Source of the DNA: Glycera tridactyla
Taxonomy: Eukaryota
DNA length: 64,000 nt
Assembly (NCBI GenBank): GCA_965644265.1
Contig: OZ286472.1
Location: 53,382,001-53,446,000, forward strand
Direction: 5' to 3'
In this document: positions 27,567-40,127 of the stretch, in pieces
Position numbering within the stretch: the stretch's first letter is position 1
How the letters are laid out: each line of letters opens with the position of its first letter
Position numbers and translations under genes: made by a program
Notes under the pieces: model-generated
Seen by the model: the letters and a program-made list of their open reading frames with translations, nothing else
The model's database searches: none
Told to the model about the DNA's origin: nothing

Positions 27567-28327
27567 TTAATGAATTCAACTTCAAAGGCTCCAATCAGCA
27601 ATTCTAGATTCAAAGAACAATGAATATGATGGATGCGCTCAACAAATATGATTGTAAGAACACAGGAAACCATAGCATTTTGGGTTAATTAGGCTTCTTT
27701 CAGAGAAAGTGGCTTAGGTGGTGAAGAAAAAGGCTCAGGTGGGCAGCCGAAGACTTTCATTGAACATTTCTCTGCCAAAGAATGGCCCACTCGAATCCAA
27801 AATGACCCACTGAGTTCCATGTGATTGGGTCATTTGACACATCAGGTTTGTTCTCTGCACATCCCTGATAAAGGAGGTCATGTTGCCTAATAACCAGCAG
27901 GCTCGTGGAGGGGAGAGGGCCCACAGTTGGCTGGGATGGAGCCGGGGACAAAAATCCATTGGTAGCACTAGGCAATTGACCAACTCCACTCATTCCCCAT
28001 GATCATAATGTCAAAAGGCCAGCCTATTTCGTGCCATATCTCACCTAATATTTTTCTGATTTTCACAATCTACACACCAAAATCCTCAATGGAGTGGGAT
28101 ATCATTGATTTTCATGCGTCTTCAAATTTCAAATTGTCAGCACAACAATCAACTGACTTTTGACTACATTCGATCATCATTCCACCACTAGCTCAAACAA
28201 CAGCGGAATATGTGGGATTTTATTCGGAAGTTTCGCACAATCTATGTTCCTGCATTCAGTGATGACAAATATTTGTGAGGTTGAATCCTGATACTTAGAA
28301 ATGTGGAATAGCGAATGAAATACTCAC

Positions 28328-28436
28328 GCTTCCAAAGTATTTGTCAAGAAGTTCCACATAACGATGTATGATCTCAAGTGTGAGCAGTTCATTGTCTTTT
28401 GGTTCAATGGCACAGCAGAAGTACAGACTGGCATAT
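28328..28436 (-). CDS. AP1S2: AP-1 complex sigma subunit, coding exon ([36 protein letters not shown])
   Basis: ttccag| ... AGC|gtgagt; 109 nt, phase 2/0. Too short for the ORF track; found by manual translation. Confidence 0.97.
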
Positions 28437-28480
28437 CTGGAATAGAAAACATAATGTCAGATATACAGGCTATGTGAAAT

Positions 28481-28939
28481 CAGGGTTCCTGCACCTTCAG
28501 CCAAATCCAATATAAGACCTTTATAAGATATTTGTAAGACCTTCCCTCCCCCCCCCCCCCCCAAAAAAAATAAAAAAAATAACACCTACAGACTCACAAA
28601 GAACAAAGAAGAATAATACAAGTCTGCAATTCATGGCTGGTGTAAGCCACCCCTTATAGTTGTCATCTTCCAGCCACTTGTCACTGAACACGCACTAGCT
28701 CATTTTTTTTCTAATTTAGTACCCCCTAATACACATCAGATTACCACTCGCGCAACTAGTATCTCGACAGTGATTGGCGCCCATGTGTGTGTGTTGGATA
28801 CTCTCAAATGACTGCTGAGCTTGGTAAATAAGACCTTTGTAAGACCTTGCAACAATAAATGCCCAGAATAAGACCTTTGTAAGACCTTGATTTTGTCAGC
28901 TGCCCATATAAGACTTTATAAGGACCCGCGGGAAGCCTG
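28481..28939. mobile_element. hAT-like MITE, 5-bp TSD
   Basis: GAAAT|CAGGGTTCCTGC ... GCGGGAAGCCTG|GAAAT; internal ATAAGACCTTT repeats. Confidence 0.75.
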
Positions 28940-29498
28940 GAAATAGAATAGTAGACAACTTGTTGACATCCAAAAATCAGGTATACAACCTTTGATGACC
29001 AAAATCAGTAATGATGCCAATTTTCAAAAGTAATGATGGCAGTATTTGCAATGAACAAATAGGGGCTATTGGATTTTTAAACTAGAGCTTTCTCCCCCCC
29101 CCCCCCCCTTGACCTTTGACCTAGTGAAACCAAAATCGATTGGGTTCTTTCACTTAGTATGGGTAATGTGTGCCTGCAATATGAAATCGATAAGGGAAGG
29201 CAAACTCAAGATATCATCTGGAAACCATTCCGCCTACACACAGGCAGCTTATAGATACATGGGTTGTGACATGATGCCAAAAGTAACGATCGCACCATAA
29301 AACCCGGAACTTATGTGGAATAGATAGCGACACACTGCTCACATACCAAATATCAAAGCGATAGCTCAAGAATTGAGGTCAGGGGAGCTGAAAATGTGAT
29401 TTCCAGTGATGTGACCTCCCGTGACCTTGACCTTTGACCTAGTGACACCAAAATCTATGGGGTTCTTTTGATTAGTATGGGTAATGTGTCCCTGTAAT

Positions 29499-30174
29499 CA
29501 GGGCTCCCACACTTTTGGACAAATGAAATTCAAGGGCTTTTCCCGGGCTAGAATGGACATTTTTCCCGGGCGTTCATGATAGCATTCAAATTTTCGCGCC
29601 AAAACGTAAGCTGCTGATAGTTCGCATCGATCTCACTACGTGAAGAGTGGCGCTGCGATTGACTCGCGAACAGCGCCACATGACGGAATTATCGGCAACT
29701 AATGAGCGGCTCTTGCCTCCTCACAGATGCGAACGCTGGTTGAGCGCTTGGTGCACGTGCTTTCTAACATGGTCATATAGCAAATTAAAAAGCGTCTGTC
29801 ATAGAGGCTGGTCGAACCGGGTAACCCGTTCACCGATTGCAATCATTGATAGGATTATCTTCCAATCTAATGGTAATACACAGCCGTCTTTGTTCATGTT
29901 ACTCCCCCGAGACGTTCTTTATTCATCACTCATCCCCGGGGTCGTAATAGGACACCAGGCATTGCTCGAATGTTTGTGTTTCGTTTCGGATTGCGCGCAA
30001 TCAAAGTGATGATTGAATCCATGATATGCATGATAAAGGCGCCGATTTCATCGAGTTTCACACAATTTTAGTGATTTTCCCAGGATTTTGAGGGTTTTCC
30101 CCGGCAATTTAGCAAAAACGCCGATTTGCCGATTCCCAGGCTTTTCCCAGTTTCCCGGGCGCATGGGAGCCCTG
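29499..30174. mobile_element. hAT-like MITE, 6-bp TSD
   Basis: TGTAAT|CAGGGCTCCCA ... TGGGAGCCCTG|AGTAAT. The empty site is seen in the sister unit at ~29170 (CCTGCAATATGAAATC). Confidence 0.85.
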
Positions 30175-30357
30175 AGTAATATGGAATCAATAAGCCAAGG
30201 CAAACTTGAGAAATCACCCAGAAACCATTCTGCCTACACACTGGCAGCTTGTCTATACATGGGTTGTATTAGTGACCTTAACATTCAGCCCCAGGCAAAC
30301 TTGAGATATCATCCGGAAACGACTCCGTCTACAGACAGACGGACGGGGTGATTCCAG

Positions 30358-30582
30358 CAGGGTTGCATCCAGGATTTTCTGAAATGGGGGCATTGGGCCC
30401 CTTGAATTTCAGAAAAGGGGGCATCTCTTCAAAGAATGTCCCAAAATGGGTTCACTCAACATGTCATAGTGCAACCCTATTCTGAATTTGGGGGGCATCG
30501 TGGCCCCTGATTTCCTTGAAAAGGGGCCCACACTGGAAAAATGTGTGAAATGCCCCCATGCCCCCCTCTGGATGCAACCCTG
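30358..30582. mobile_element. CAGGGTTGCATCCAG-family MITE, 6-bp TSD
   Basis: TTCCAG|CAGGGTTGCATCCAG ... CTGGATGCAACCCTG|TTCCAG; perfect 15-bp TIR and TSD. Confidence 0.9.
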
Positions 30583-30898
30583 TTCCAGTATACCCCCCGC
30601 CCCTAACTTCATGGGGGGGGGGGGGTATAAAACATGGGGGGAGCCAGTCAGCCCCGCTTTCTAATTCTTCACCCCCGCTCTCGGGAAACACCCACTTCAC
30701 CCCTGCTTTCCGACTATTTGCTATCCTGCTTTTGATAGTGTGCCAGTGAGAGTTGAGAAGCGGTTGTAAACACAATGGTGAGGAGGCCAACGAATTTCAG
30801 ATTTTGCAAATTATCAGGACTGTCAAGAACCCTGAGACTGGAAAGTGAAATCTTATGTCCATTATTCATTACTATTTGGGCATTGTTTGTGTACTCAC

Positions 30899-31077
30899 CG
30901 CTTATAGACAATCTTGAGATCCTTCCACTCCAGGAAACTGCACATTTTCGGTTTGCGTGCAAGAATGGTTGTGATGAGTTCTCTGGTTATCTTCTTCTTT
31001 ACTTTATCTGGATGCGCGACATACCACTTCTGAAGTCGCAGCTTCCCTTGCCGACTGAACAATAACATGAACTCCAT
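30899..31077 (-). CDS. AP1S2: AP-1 complex sigma subunit, first located coding exon ([60 protein letters not shown])
   Basis: cctttccag|ATG ... CG|gtgagt; 179 nt; hallmark [15 protein letters not shown]. The spliced protein from this ATG is 156 aa. Confidence 0.97.
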
Positions 31078-32621
31078 CTGGAAAGGGGGAACAAAACATT
31101 AACTGATCAGAAACTACCAAATTGCTCAACCAACTGAGGAAACTGATGACAACAAAATACCATGCTCCAGTGCAGATGAATATAAATTATGGGCAATATC
31201 AAACTGTAGTCAGAGTTGGTGGAATTTTTCACAACTGAAATCCAGATGGACCGAACCAACCATGATCAATTCCACTTTGGTTGTTTCTCGCATCTACAAC
31301 TGCTGATTCAACCTCCAATATGTTGAGAAGACATCAAATCAGTCCATTTATCATGACCAGGTAGATCTCAAATCAACCTACCCATCTATGAAAAATCAGC
31401 CTGCCCTGTTTATTCATGCAAAGTACATGTAGGCCTACAGGGATAACTGTGATGAAAGACCCCTGATGAGACCATCTCCAATGCAGGCCTCCATCTGGAT
31501 ATTTTTTCTAGGAGCCAACTGGCTTGAAAGAAGTTCTCAATTTGGTAGCCACCAATCAGATTTGGAAGCCAGAAGATTTTTCTAGTCACCAGTCAGCACT
31601 ACCAAATTGGCATATTGTGGACAAACCCATCTTGGGGTACGCGAGGGGACTGCAGTTTCTCAACTAGGATCAGCCCTACTATATCTGGGTTTGCATTCTA
31701 GGCCCAGCCTATCATATTATCTCTATGTTGCCTCTATAGGCAGGTGCCCTCTTTCTGGAGCTGGTCTGAGCAGGTTCAACTTTGCCTCAGAAGTGACTTT
31801 GACATCATTTCACTGCATCCTTTATGACAATATGAGAATTGCATCATGCCTGAGCCGTATATTGAACGAGTTTCCTTCAAAAAGGAAGCCGTCATGAAGT
31901 TGGATGATGGCTGTGCCTGGGAGGAGTATGATGCCCATGCAATGGGCATGGGGAGGATCAGTCTCGATCAATGGGAATCGCCATTCTTATAAGCAGCGAT
32001 CTCGGCTTACAGTGGTCAGTGAAGGTACAATCAATAATTCGTTGAATTTACAAATAGTTGCCAGGGTGTGTGTGTGGAATTAATTGGAGCGCTCACTCTT
32101 TCCAGTTGCGGTGGGGCAAACTAGCATACACAAAAATGGCTGACATTAATGTGAGCTTCTGCAGTGGAGGTCCTGCGATATTTCGTGATCACATGGAATG
32201 GATGATCAATAGGAAGCCGGCCAGCTGAAACACTCTCTCCCACCAAGAGACTCTGAACTAAATGAGTCTGCACCCAAAGGCACTGACTAAGATTCTTGAC
32301 ATATTTGGTGAATCCGGTTAGAGTATACCATGGATTTTTCAGCTCACATTCCTTGAACAAAAGCCATGTTTGTCCAACTTGGATTTTGAATAGGTGTGAA
32401 TTCAACTTGCCAAGTATACGACAGTCAGATCTGCACTTTGATCCTATGTCACTAGGGATGATGAGTGCAGACTGCATTTCTTCACGGATCTTTACATGAG
32501 GACAGATGGCTCATTTCTCAGAAGTAAACAAACCTACTGTAGCAAAAATGGATGGCGCACATTTCTCAAATTGTGAATAACAGCAAACATAGTGAGCACC
32601 ATAGTCGATGTGTGTGTGCGC

Positions 32622-33026
32622 TAGTGTTGGGAATCGGTTGCAAATTTACCATTGACGATTGGTTGGACTGAACCAACCGATGATTGGTTGCAATCGGTTC
32701 GGCCATCCTGCATTCCATCAGTCACTGGGGTGATTGGAGACCTGGTTTTGGTAATCCTCACTTGAGTGGAAGAAGAATGCAACACTTAGTTTCTGCACAT
32801 TTGCCCATACTAGTGCACCCAACACTGGAATTATCAAAGTGATGAGCCTGAATGCTCACATTGTAATTTAACAGAATATCCAATTTTCTAGCATTCGCAT
32901 GCATGAAGATTGATCTCATATATCCTGAACCGATTGTAATCAATTGCGAATTTTCCAACCAATCATCAGAATTGGTACTGATTCCAATCGATCATCGGTT
33001 ATTTTCCAATCATCAGCCCAACACTA
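32622..33026. mobile_element. hAT-type MITE, 8-bp TSD
   Basis: GTGTGCGC|TAGTGTTGGG ... CCCAACACTA|GTGTGCGC. Confidence 0.9.
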
Positions 33027-33823
33027 GTGTGCGCGTGTGCGTGCGTTCGTGTGTGAAGTATGTAGCGGTGTTTAGTGAAGAAACAAGCTGGATTTATTCT
33101 AATCTGATTCCAGACTATCAAACTCCAAAAGAAAGTTGACCCCGTGCGCCACCGTCTTGGATGACCGCTTCTGTTAACATTCCTTCTTGTTATTTTTGTT
33201 TGAATTCCTCACGAGAAATTATATAAATATATTCAACAAGACTGTGTCAGTTTCACACTTAAATTCGCGGGAATACAGATTTTGTGTCAAAAAATCCCTG
33301 AAAATTAGCATTGTGCGCCAGTTGACGCACGAACATGAAGGACGAGCAGGAATCGTGCACTCTGATGGCTATGCCGCTTTTTGCCAGGTTCCCACAGGCG
33401 CACACTGGCACTTGTAGCACTCCTCAAGGAGGGACATTTTCGGTGAGTCCGCCCATCAGTAGATCTGCGTTCGCATTCTAGGCACGGCATGATCATATCA
33501 TCTCCTGGTCACATTCTTCCTGATAAAATTGTGAACAAAACAAGTGTCACAAGAGAAGTGGGACTGACAGAATCAGGACAACTCGTGGCCGGGACCACTC
33601 GTACCCGGGATTTGAGACAGGTTGTAACCCGTACGTAACAAGTATGTGGAAGCACTTGTACCCTCGGCGATCATGAGTTCACGGGGAGGCTGATTGACAC
33701 CTTGCGGTCTCGTGACACGAGTCGTGAGTCCCGTACTCAGAACTCAGAATCTTCATTTAAACGATGTTTGAAGCAACAAAAATCGCCTAAATTTCACTGA
33801 TAGTTAGTTATGCTTATTGGTAA

Positions 33824-34423
33824 TGTTACGCGCCAACGGCCGATCAGCGCAATCGGCCTATAGCGCTGCGCCAACGGCGGACCGCTTGTTGGCACCATGA
33901 TCGATCGATCGCGGAACAATCAATGGATGGCAAGCCAATTGACATATTTCATTCGCTAAATACATTGAGATATGAAGAAAACTAAATTCCCCATCGATTG
34001 GATGACCAACGTTTTGATTTCAATGTATTTATGACGTTAAATCTTGGCCGGAAGTGGGCGATATCGGATGTAAACAATTGCCGCCATCTTGTTTTTTCAC
34101 TCGCCGATCTCTCACTTTGATGCTGGATATTTCAGCAGCTGCTCAATATACAGCAAAAGCAAAATATGGGGTACTATAGGCATGAGCTATAAGATTATTT
34201 GTTCGAAGTTTCATAATTTTCCAATGTGTTTATCCTCTCCAAATACGAGTGCAAAGTTACCATTCACGGCAAACTTTCGTAATTGTGCCATGCTATGTGC
34301 GCCAAACCTCCTGCACGGCTGTCGATAGCGCAGCGCCATCGACCGATTCCTGCGCCAACAAGCGATCGGCCGTTGGCGCAGCGCCATCGGCCGATCGCGC
34401 AGATCCGTCGATGGCGCGTAACA
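33824..34423. mobile_element. Ginger-like (TGT...ACA) MITE, 4-bp TSD
   Basis: GTAA|TGTTACGCGCCAACGGCCGATC ... GATCCGTCGATGGCGCGTAACA|GTAA; ~35-bp imperfect TIR. Confidence 0.7.
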
Positions 34424-34611
34424 GTAATAATCGCTAGAATGATCATCCAAGAATTTCCAAAAGTTTTCCGATAATCAACTGATAATCAGAAAACCGCCGC
34501 TGTTACGACTTGTCCCGGAGATAGGCGGGGTACGAGCAGTCTCGGTTACAAGCTGTCCGACATTCGGAACTGACTGTATGGGTGTGTCATCAGGTCGCGG
34601 ACGTCTCCATT

Positions 34612-35495
34612 GGGCTACGTAGCTTATTTGGAGGGCGTTAGCCAATTAACGGACGCCTCGCAATTGACGGACGCTTAAAAAACCACAGATTCTCGCCATT
34701 ATATGTGGACTTTCATTAAAAATCCCACACAAACTGATGAAAGGCATAATAACCATCAAACGTGAGAAGTTTGGAGGTGATCGGCCACGTTTCCGATCGC
34801 TGGTGACGAATTTTCTGAGTAACAATGATCCCGAATCTCAACCTTCCTCCAGTTTATCCTCGACGCGCAAAATTGAGAAAGCCGTCGCAACGAGATTTTC
34901 CTCATGTACAAAGAAAACAAAATTCCCCAACGATTGTATGTATTACATTTTGAATCCTATGTATTACTTTTTTTATATCGTGGCCGAAAGTCGGCGATAT
35001 CGGATGTAAACAATCGCCGCCATCTTGGTTTTTCACTCGCCGACTTCCCAACTTTGAAGCTGGATATCTCAGCGACTAGCCAATATAGAATGAAACCGAA
35101 TACAGGATTCTAAAAAGGAGAGTTGGGAGATGACTCGCTCGAAGTTTCATTTTTTTTCAACGAGTTTATCCCCTCCAAATACGAGTGCCAAGTAACGACT
35201 TCACGGCAAACTTTCGCCATTGCGAATCACGCGCTCCCGCCACTCCTTGGTGGTGACACCTGGCGGCGATCACCCGTTATGGATTCCCACACAGAACGCC
35301 GCCATTTGCCGTTATTTCTTCTCTAAATCCAAACAAACTATGGTTTTCTGACATATTAGTATGGTTACTGGTGATACTTTGACTATTTATGGCCGTATAT
35401 CGCTAATATTCGTAATTTTCCGAAATCGTGATGACGTCATCGGAAAACCCCCGTCCGTCAAATTACTAGCGCCCTCCAATTAAGCTACGTAGCCC
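34612..35495. mobile_element. PIF/Harbinger-type MITE, 3-bp TSD, nested in a TIR
   Basis: ATT|GGGCTACGTAGCTTATTTGGAGGGCG ... CGCCCTCCAATTAAGCTACGTAGCCC|ATT. Confidence 0.82.
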
Positions 35496-36774
35496 ATTTC
35501 AGATAGCTAGTTTGGTCAATTTTCATATTTCATCAATGCTTCCTCTTATTGAACCCATCTTATGGTACATACTGTAAGAATTCTAACAAAGAAAAGATGA
35601 TGAAAATCGGTTCAACGGTTTCCGCGTTATTGCAGTTTTACTCATGCTAATTTCCACATTTCGTGAGAACCTGAAACATGTTGCTCAGGCAAGCGTACAA
35701 AACTGGTCAAGAACCCATCTTCAAACCTTCACTGTGTAGATAATAATGCATTTAGAGATGATTCTCAAGGCAAATCTTTTTCTTCTCAACACAGACTTGA
35801 GAAGATTGAACGGAAACTTGGTGTGGATCAAGCCGTAGAGAGAATAATTGACTTCAAAACTAGGTTTTTGTTCACTTTGACCAAGTGGACTTTGTCATTT
35901 TCAGGATCCGGCATGCCAAAGGGCTGAAAATGTACTTTTTTCCCAATATCTTCATGAATAAAGGTGATAGAGACTTCATTTTTCCTTCAAATTGAAGATC
36001 CTCCAGAGGAGTATTTGCAGAGTGAGAATTAGGAACAGTTATCCTAGGTGATCATCAGCAAAAAATTCACAAAATTAAATTTTCAACGGCAAGAATGTAA
36101 CATACAGGAGCATCATACATGTACATGTATATGTATATTTTTCCTTTGAACCTTGGGCATGATGAGCAAAGAAAATCTATTTTGTTATCTAAAAAACGAA
36201 GATTATGAGAAGCAATCATTTTCAAAATTAAAAAATTTAATATTCAAAATTTCATTTCAATGATTTGACTATGTGAGAGGCTGGGAATGTACATTCCTTC
36301 TGCTCCATTCACATCTTGATGGGTACTTTTGCAATATTACAAGAAGCAATCATGTTCAAAATTCAAAAGATTGAAATTTGAAATTTGAAATTTTGAAATT
36401 TGAAATTCGAAATTAAAAAATTTGAAATTCAAGATTTGAAAATTTGGGATTAAAAATTAAAAAATTTATTTTAGTGATTTGAACCCCACACGTGGATTTC
36501 AATATTTCAAAGGTGATCGATTGTCATCCAAGTGAGCAGATGTCAAGGCTCAGCCCACCATCTGAATACCTGATCACAGGCTCTCCTAATTGCAATTGAC
36601 TTCTGCTCACTTCCCACCCCCCCCCCCCCCTTACCCCTTCCCCGCTCATTGCTCAACACTTCCCATCACACACTCTCATGCACAATAATATTGTATTGGC
36701 CATGAATATTGTTCTCCAAAAACATGAGAAAGAGAGGAATGCTGAAAAATGATGATTGCCACAAATTTACACTC

Positions 36775-37331
36775 GTTGCAAAATATTGACTTTGAGCATG
36801 AAAAAAATGATGAAAATTGTATAAAATTAGGCATCCCGTGTTTTGAATAAAGTCATTTTGTTTACATAATGAGTAACTTTTTGCAACATTTTAGGTGGGA
36901 GAATGAAGAATAATAGGTATATCCTCGATACAAGTTTACTTTTGTTGCAAAATATTGACTTTGAGCATGAAAAAAATGATGAAAATTGTATAAAATTAGG
37001 CATCCTGTTTTTTGAAAAAAGTCATTTTTTTCACATTATGATTCACTTTTTGCAACATTTCAGGTGGGAGAATGATGAATTATAGGTATATCCTTGATAC
37101 AAATTTACTTTTGTTGCAAAATATTTACTTTGAGCATGAAAAAATGATGAAAATTGTATAAAATTAGGCATCCCGTTTTTTGAATAAAGTCATTTTTTTT
37201 TTCATAATGAGTGACTTTTTGCAACATTTTAGGTGGGAGAATGAAGAATAATAGATATATCCTCGATACAAATTCACTTTTGTTGCAAAATATTGACTTT
37301 GAGCATGAAAAAATAATGAAAATTGTATAAA
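36775..37331. repeat. 169-bp tandem repeat, ~3.3 units
   Basis: GTTGCAAAATATT(G/T)ACTTTGAGCATG recurs at 36775, 36944, 37113 and 37282. Confidence 0.95.
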
Positions 37332-37662
37332 GTTCATTTCAACTCTCAGTCAAGTATAGCTCTGCTCATACTGGCCCGATCTGTGATAAACAAAAAGCAC
37401 AAGAAAATTCAGGAAAAACATGACAAACTGTGAAAATGTGAAGTTTCTATCCCTACTGGCTCAGTGCGGAAATAGCTACCAAATCGGAGGTGTCAACATA
37501 GCATGCTTTCTGAGATATGATCGACGGCGAGCGGAGCATCTGCTGGACTGCTAATGCAACACTTGACAAGCTGTAAGCAGTCTCTCCCATCTACAACCAC
37601 TTTTTCAAAGTGCAAACCCGCAGTGAGCCACTCCACTTACAAAGGTGATCTATATACCAATG

Positions 37663-38429
37663 CAGGGTGTTAGCCAGCCAGCCAAAACAGGGTGTCCAAA
37701 TATTTCCCAAAGCCAGAAAAATAGCGCGGACGACATTTTCTGAAAATGAGAAAAATAACGCGGACGGGTAGTTTCAGCATGCCCTGAAATAATATTACAA
37801 TTCTTTCCTGGATATCTTATATTGATTTATAAATGACCTTCATTCAACTTAGTTTTCCTATCACAGGAGTTATTGCTAGCTGTCTCTTAGTCAGTTTCAA
37901 AATTTGAGCTTCACTTGAAGACAGGAAATATCTGAAATGCTGCAATTCATCATCAAGCACTGGTCTTGATCCATTATATGAATCTGTTCTGTTATAGAAC
38001 ACAATTTTATATTCTAAAGTTGAATCTTGACTGTAGTAATGCCAATAAACCAATCAGGCTTTATAGTGGCAGTGATGTAATCAAGCATTTTAGGCAATGA
38101 AAACAGATCAGATTATTTGTGAGCAGGCTATCAGGTAGCAGTATGATTACCTCAATGAGGTTGGGATGACCACTGGCTCGACCCTCCACAAAGTTTGAGG
38201 TGGAAGGTAATGAGCACTGACTAATTAGGCAGGGATTAACTGTCTTGTGTTTGATTACCAAATTTGATGCTCTGGAGAGCAACTGGTATTGTTTGTAGTA
38301 CTATTGTCATAGTATTGACTAAGGGGATTGATGGACGCCCTACTGGGCACCCTGTTGATTTAAGAGGCCGTCCAATATCAAGATAGGGGGTCCAAATGAC
38401 GGCTGGACGTATGGCTGGCTAACACCCTG
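37663..38429. mobile_element. hAT-type MITE, 8-bp TSD
   Basis: TACCAATG|CAGGGTGTTAGCCAGCC ... GGCTGGCTAACACCCTG|TACCAATG; perfect 17-bp TIR and TSD. Confidence 0.93.
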
Positions 38430-39184
38430 TACCAATGGATTCATCATGAACTGAGGTTTCAAGTGCAAATTGTCTATTCAGGGGTTAATAAGACGATATT
38501 TCGAGTAAAATGGGTTTGAAATTTATTTCGACATTCACTCGAATGTATCTCCACTCCTACTCGTCAGATCGACTTTGTACAAGTAGCCCAGGAAAATTTA
38601 GGAAATGGAGGACAAACTGTGAAAGTATGAACTTTCTATGCCTACTGGCTCAGTGCGGAAATGGCCATTAAATCGGAGGTGTCAACATCGTGTTCACGGC
38701 GGATTTTTCAGTAGCACTCAGCTCGCTGAGCATGAGTGAACAAATCAAGATGGCTGTGTTCACATCTGCGCCATATCGTCGGTTCTTCACCAAATCCTTC
38801 TCAACTTTGGAATGGAATAGAGAAGGAGTTCGTGCATCTGTCCTCCAATTCTGAGCGAAAAATATTGGAAACTTTCTGAGATATGATCAGGGGAAGCTCG
38901 AAATCTCGGCTCGGCGCTCTCGGCGAGCATGATTCGCATGGCGAGCGGAGCAGGGGCCGGACTAGCTATTTCAGACGTTGTCCGCGACCTGGTCATACCC
39001 TGGATTCCAGGCTTGAAGAAAGCGGGGGGTTGTGTTTGGGGTCTGATTTGGTCGATGAGGCATACGAGGGACTAAGGGACAGAGATTCCCCCATGATCCC
39101 AGGCCATGATCTCATTGAATGGCTCCCATCGTACCTGCATGATTACATGGCAATTTCTGACACATGACACGAGCAACCTGTCAG

Positions 39185-40127
39185 CAGGTCGCGGACGACG
39201 TCCGTATTGGCCAACGTTGGCCAATTGAGCAGCGTTGGCCAATTGACGGACGGGAAATACCCTGATCACGTGACCGCGCTAAAAATAGATTTCGATAAAA
39301 TCGCGAATATTCGCAAATAGCAGCCATAAACTGATGACTACTCCAACTTCCATCAACAAACATCATCTTTTGTTGAAGAGCGATCGTTTTCATTGACTTT
39401 GAGATGCAAAAAGCGGCATTCTGAGCGAGAATCCATTGCCCGGCGATCTCCGCCAGATGTTAACAACATGGGATGGCAGGAGCATGTCATTCGCCATGGC
39501 AAAAGTTTGCCGTAAAATCGTAACTTTGCACTCGTATTTGGAGTTGATATACATCTTGAAAAATTATGAAACTTTGATCGGGACATCTCCTACCCATGTT
39601 CCTTACACCCCCATGGTCGCTTTTGCTGTAAGACATGCGGTTGGTGAAATATCCAGCATCAAAGTTGTGAAGTCGGCGAGTGAAAAACAAGATGGCGGCG
39701 ATTGTTCACATCCGAAACCGCCGACTTTCGGCCACAATATCAGAAAATGAGGACATAGGATTCGAAATGTAGTACATACAATCGATGGGAAATTTTGTTT
39801 TCTTTATACATACGAAAAATCTCATTGCGCCGGCTTTCTCAATTTTGCGCGCAGAGGAATTACCGCAGGAAGGTTGAGATTCGGGATCGTTGTCACTTAG
39901 AAAATTCGTCACCAGCGCTCAGAAACGAGACCCGTATCCTCGAAACTTCTCATGTTCAAAGATTATCATACATTCTATTTGATGGTGTACGCTTTTGAGT
40001 GAAAATTTACTTCTAATGGCGAGAATATGTGCTTTCTCAAGCGTCCGTTAATTGGCAGACGTTGGTCAATTGGCCAACGCTGCTCAATTGGCAAGCGTTG
40101 GCCAATTTGGACGTCGTCCGCGACCTG
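39185..40127. mobile_element. CAGG-ended MITE, 5-bp TSD
   Basis: GTCAG|CAGGTCGCGGACGACGTCC ... GGACGTCGTCCGCGACCTG|GTCAG; 70-85 bp TIR built of TTGGCCAA repeats. Confidence 0.9.

Larger units (their letters stand above)
29079..30632. mobile_element. Helentron-associated interspersed element (HINE)-like repeat with two nested MITEs
   Basis: AAACTAGAGC at one end; duplicated TTGACCTTTGACCTAGTG units inside; GACGGACG tract and TATACCCCC..GGGGGTATA hairpin at the other end. Confidence 0.6.
34591..38991. mobile_element. 4.4-kb non-autonomous CAGG-ended DNA element, 5-bp TSD
   Basis: GTCAT|CAGGTCGCGGAC ... GTCCGCGACCTG|GTCAT. The TIR match (ATAGCTAGT) continues once the nested 34612-35495 element is removed. 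Confidence 0.85.

Noticed and set aside
36775-37331. Regularly spaced repeats as a CRISPR array (also the TTTCGGCCA repeats at 47308 and 53420)
   Set aside because: Whole units are repeated with no unique spacers; eukaryotic context; no cas genes.
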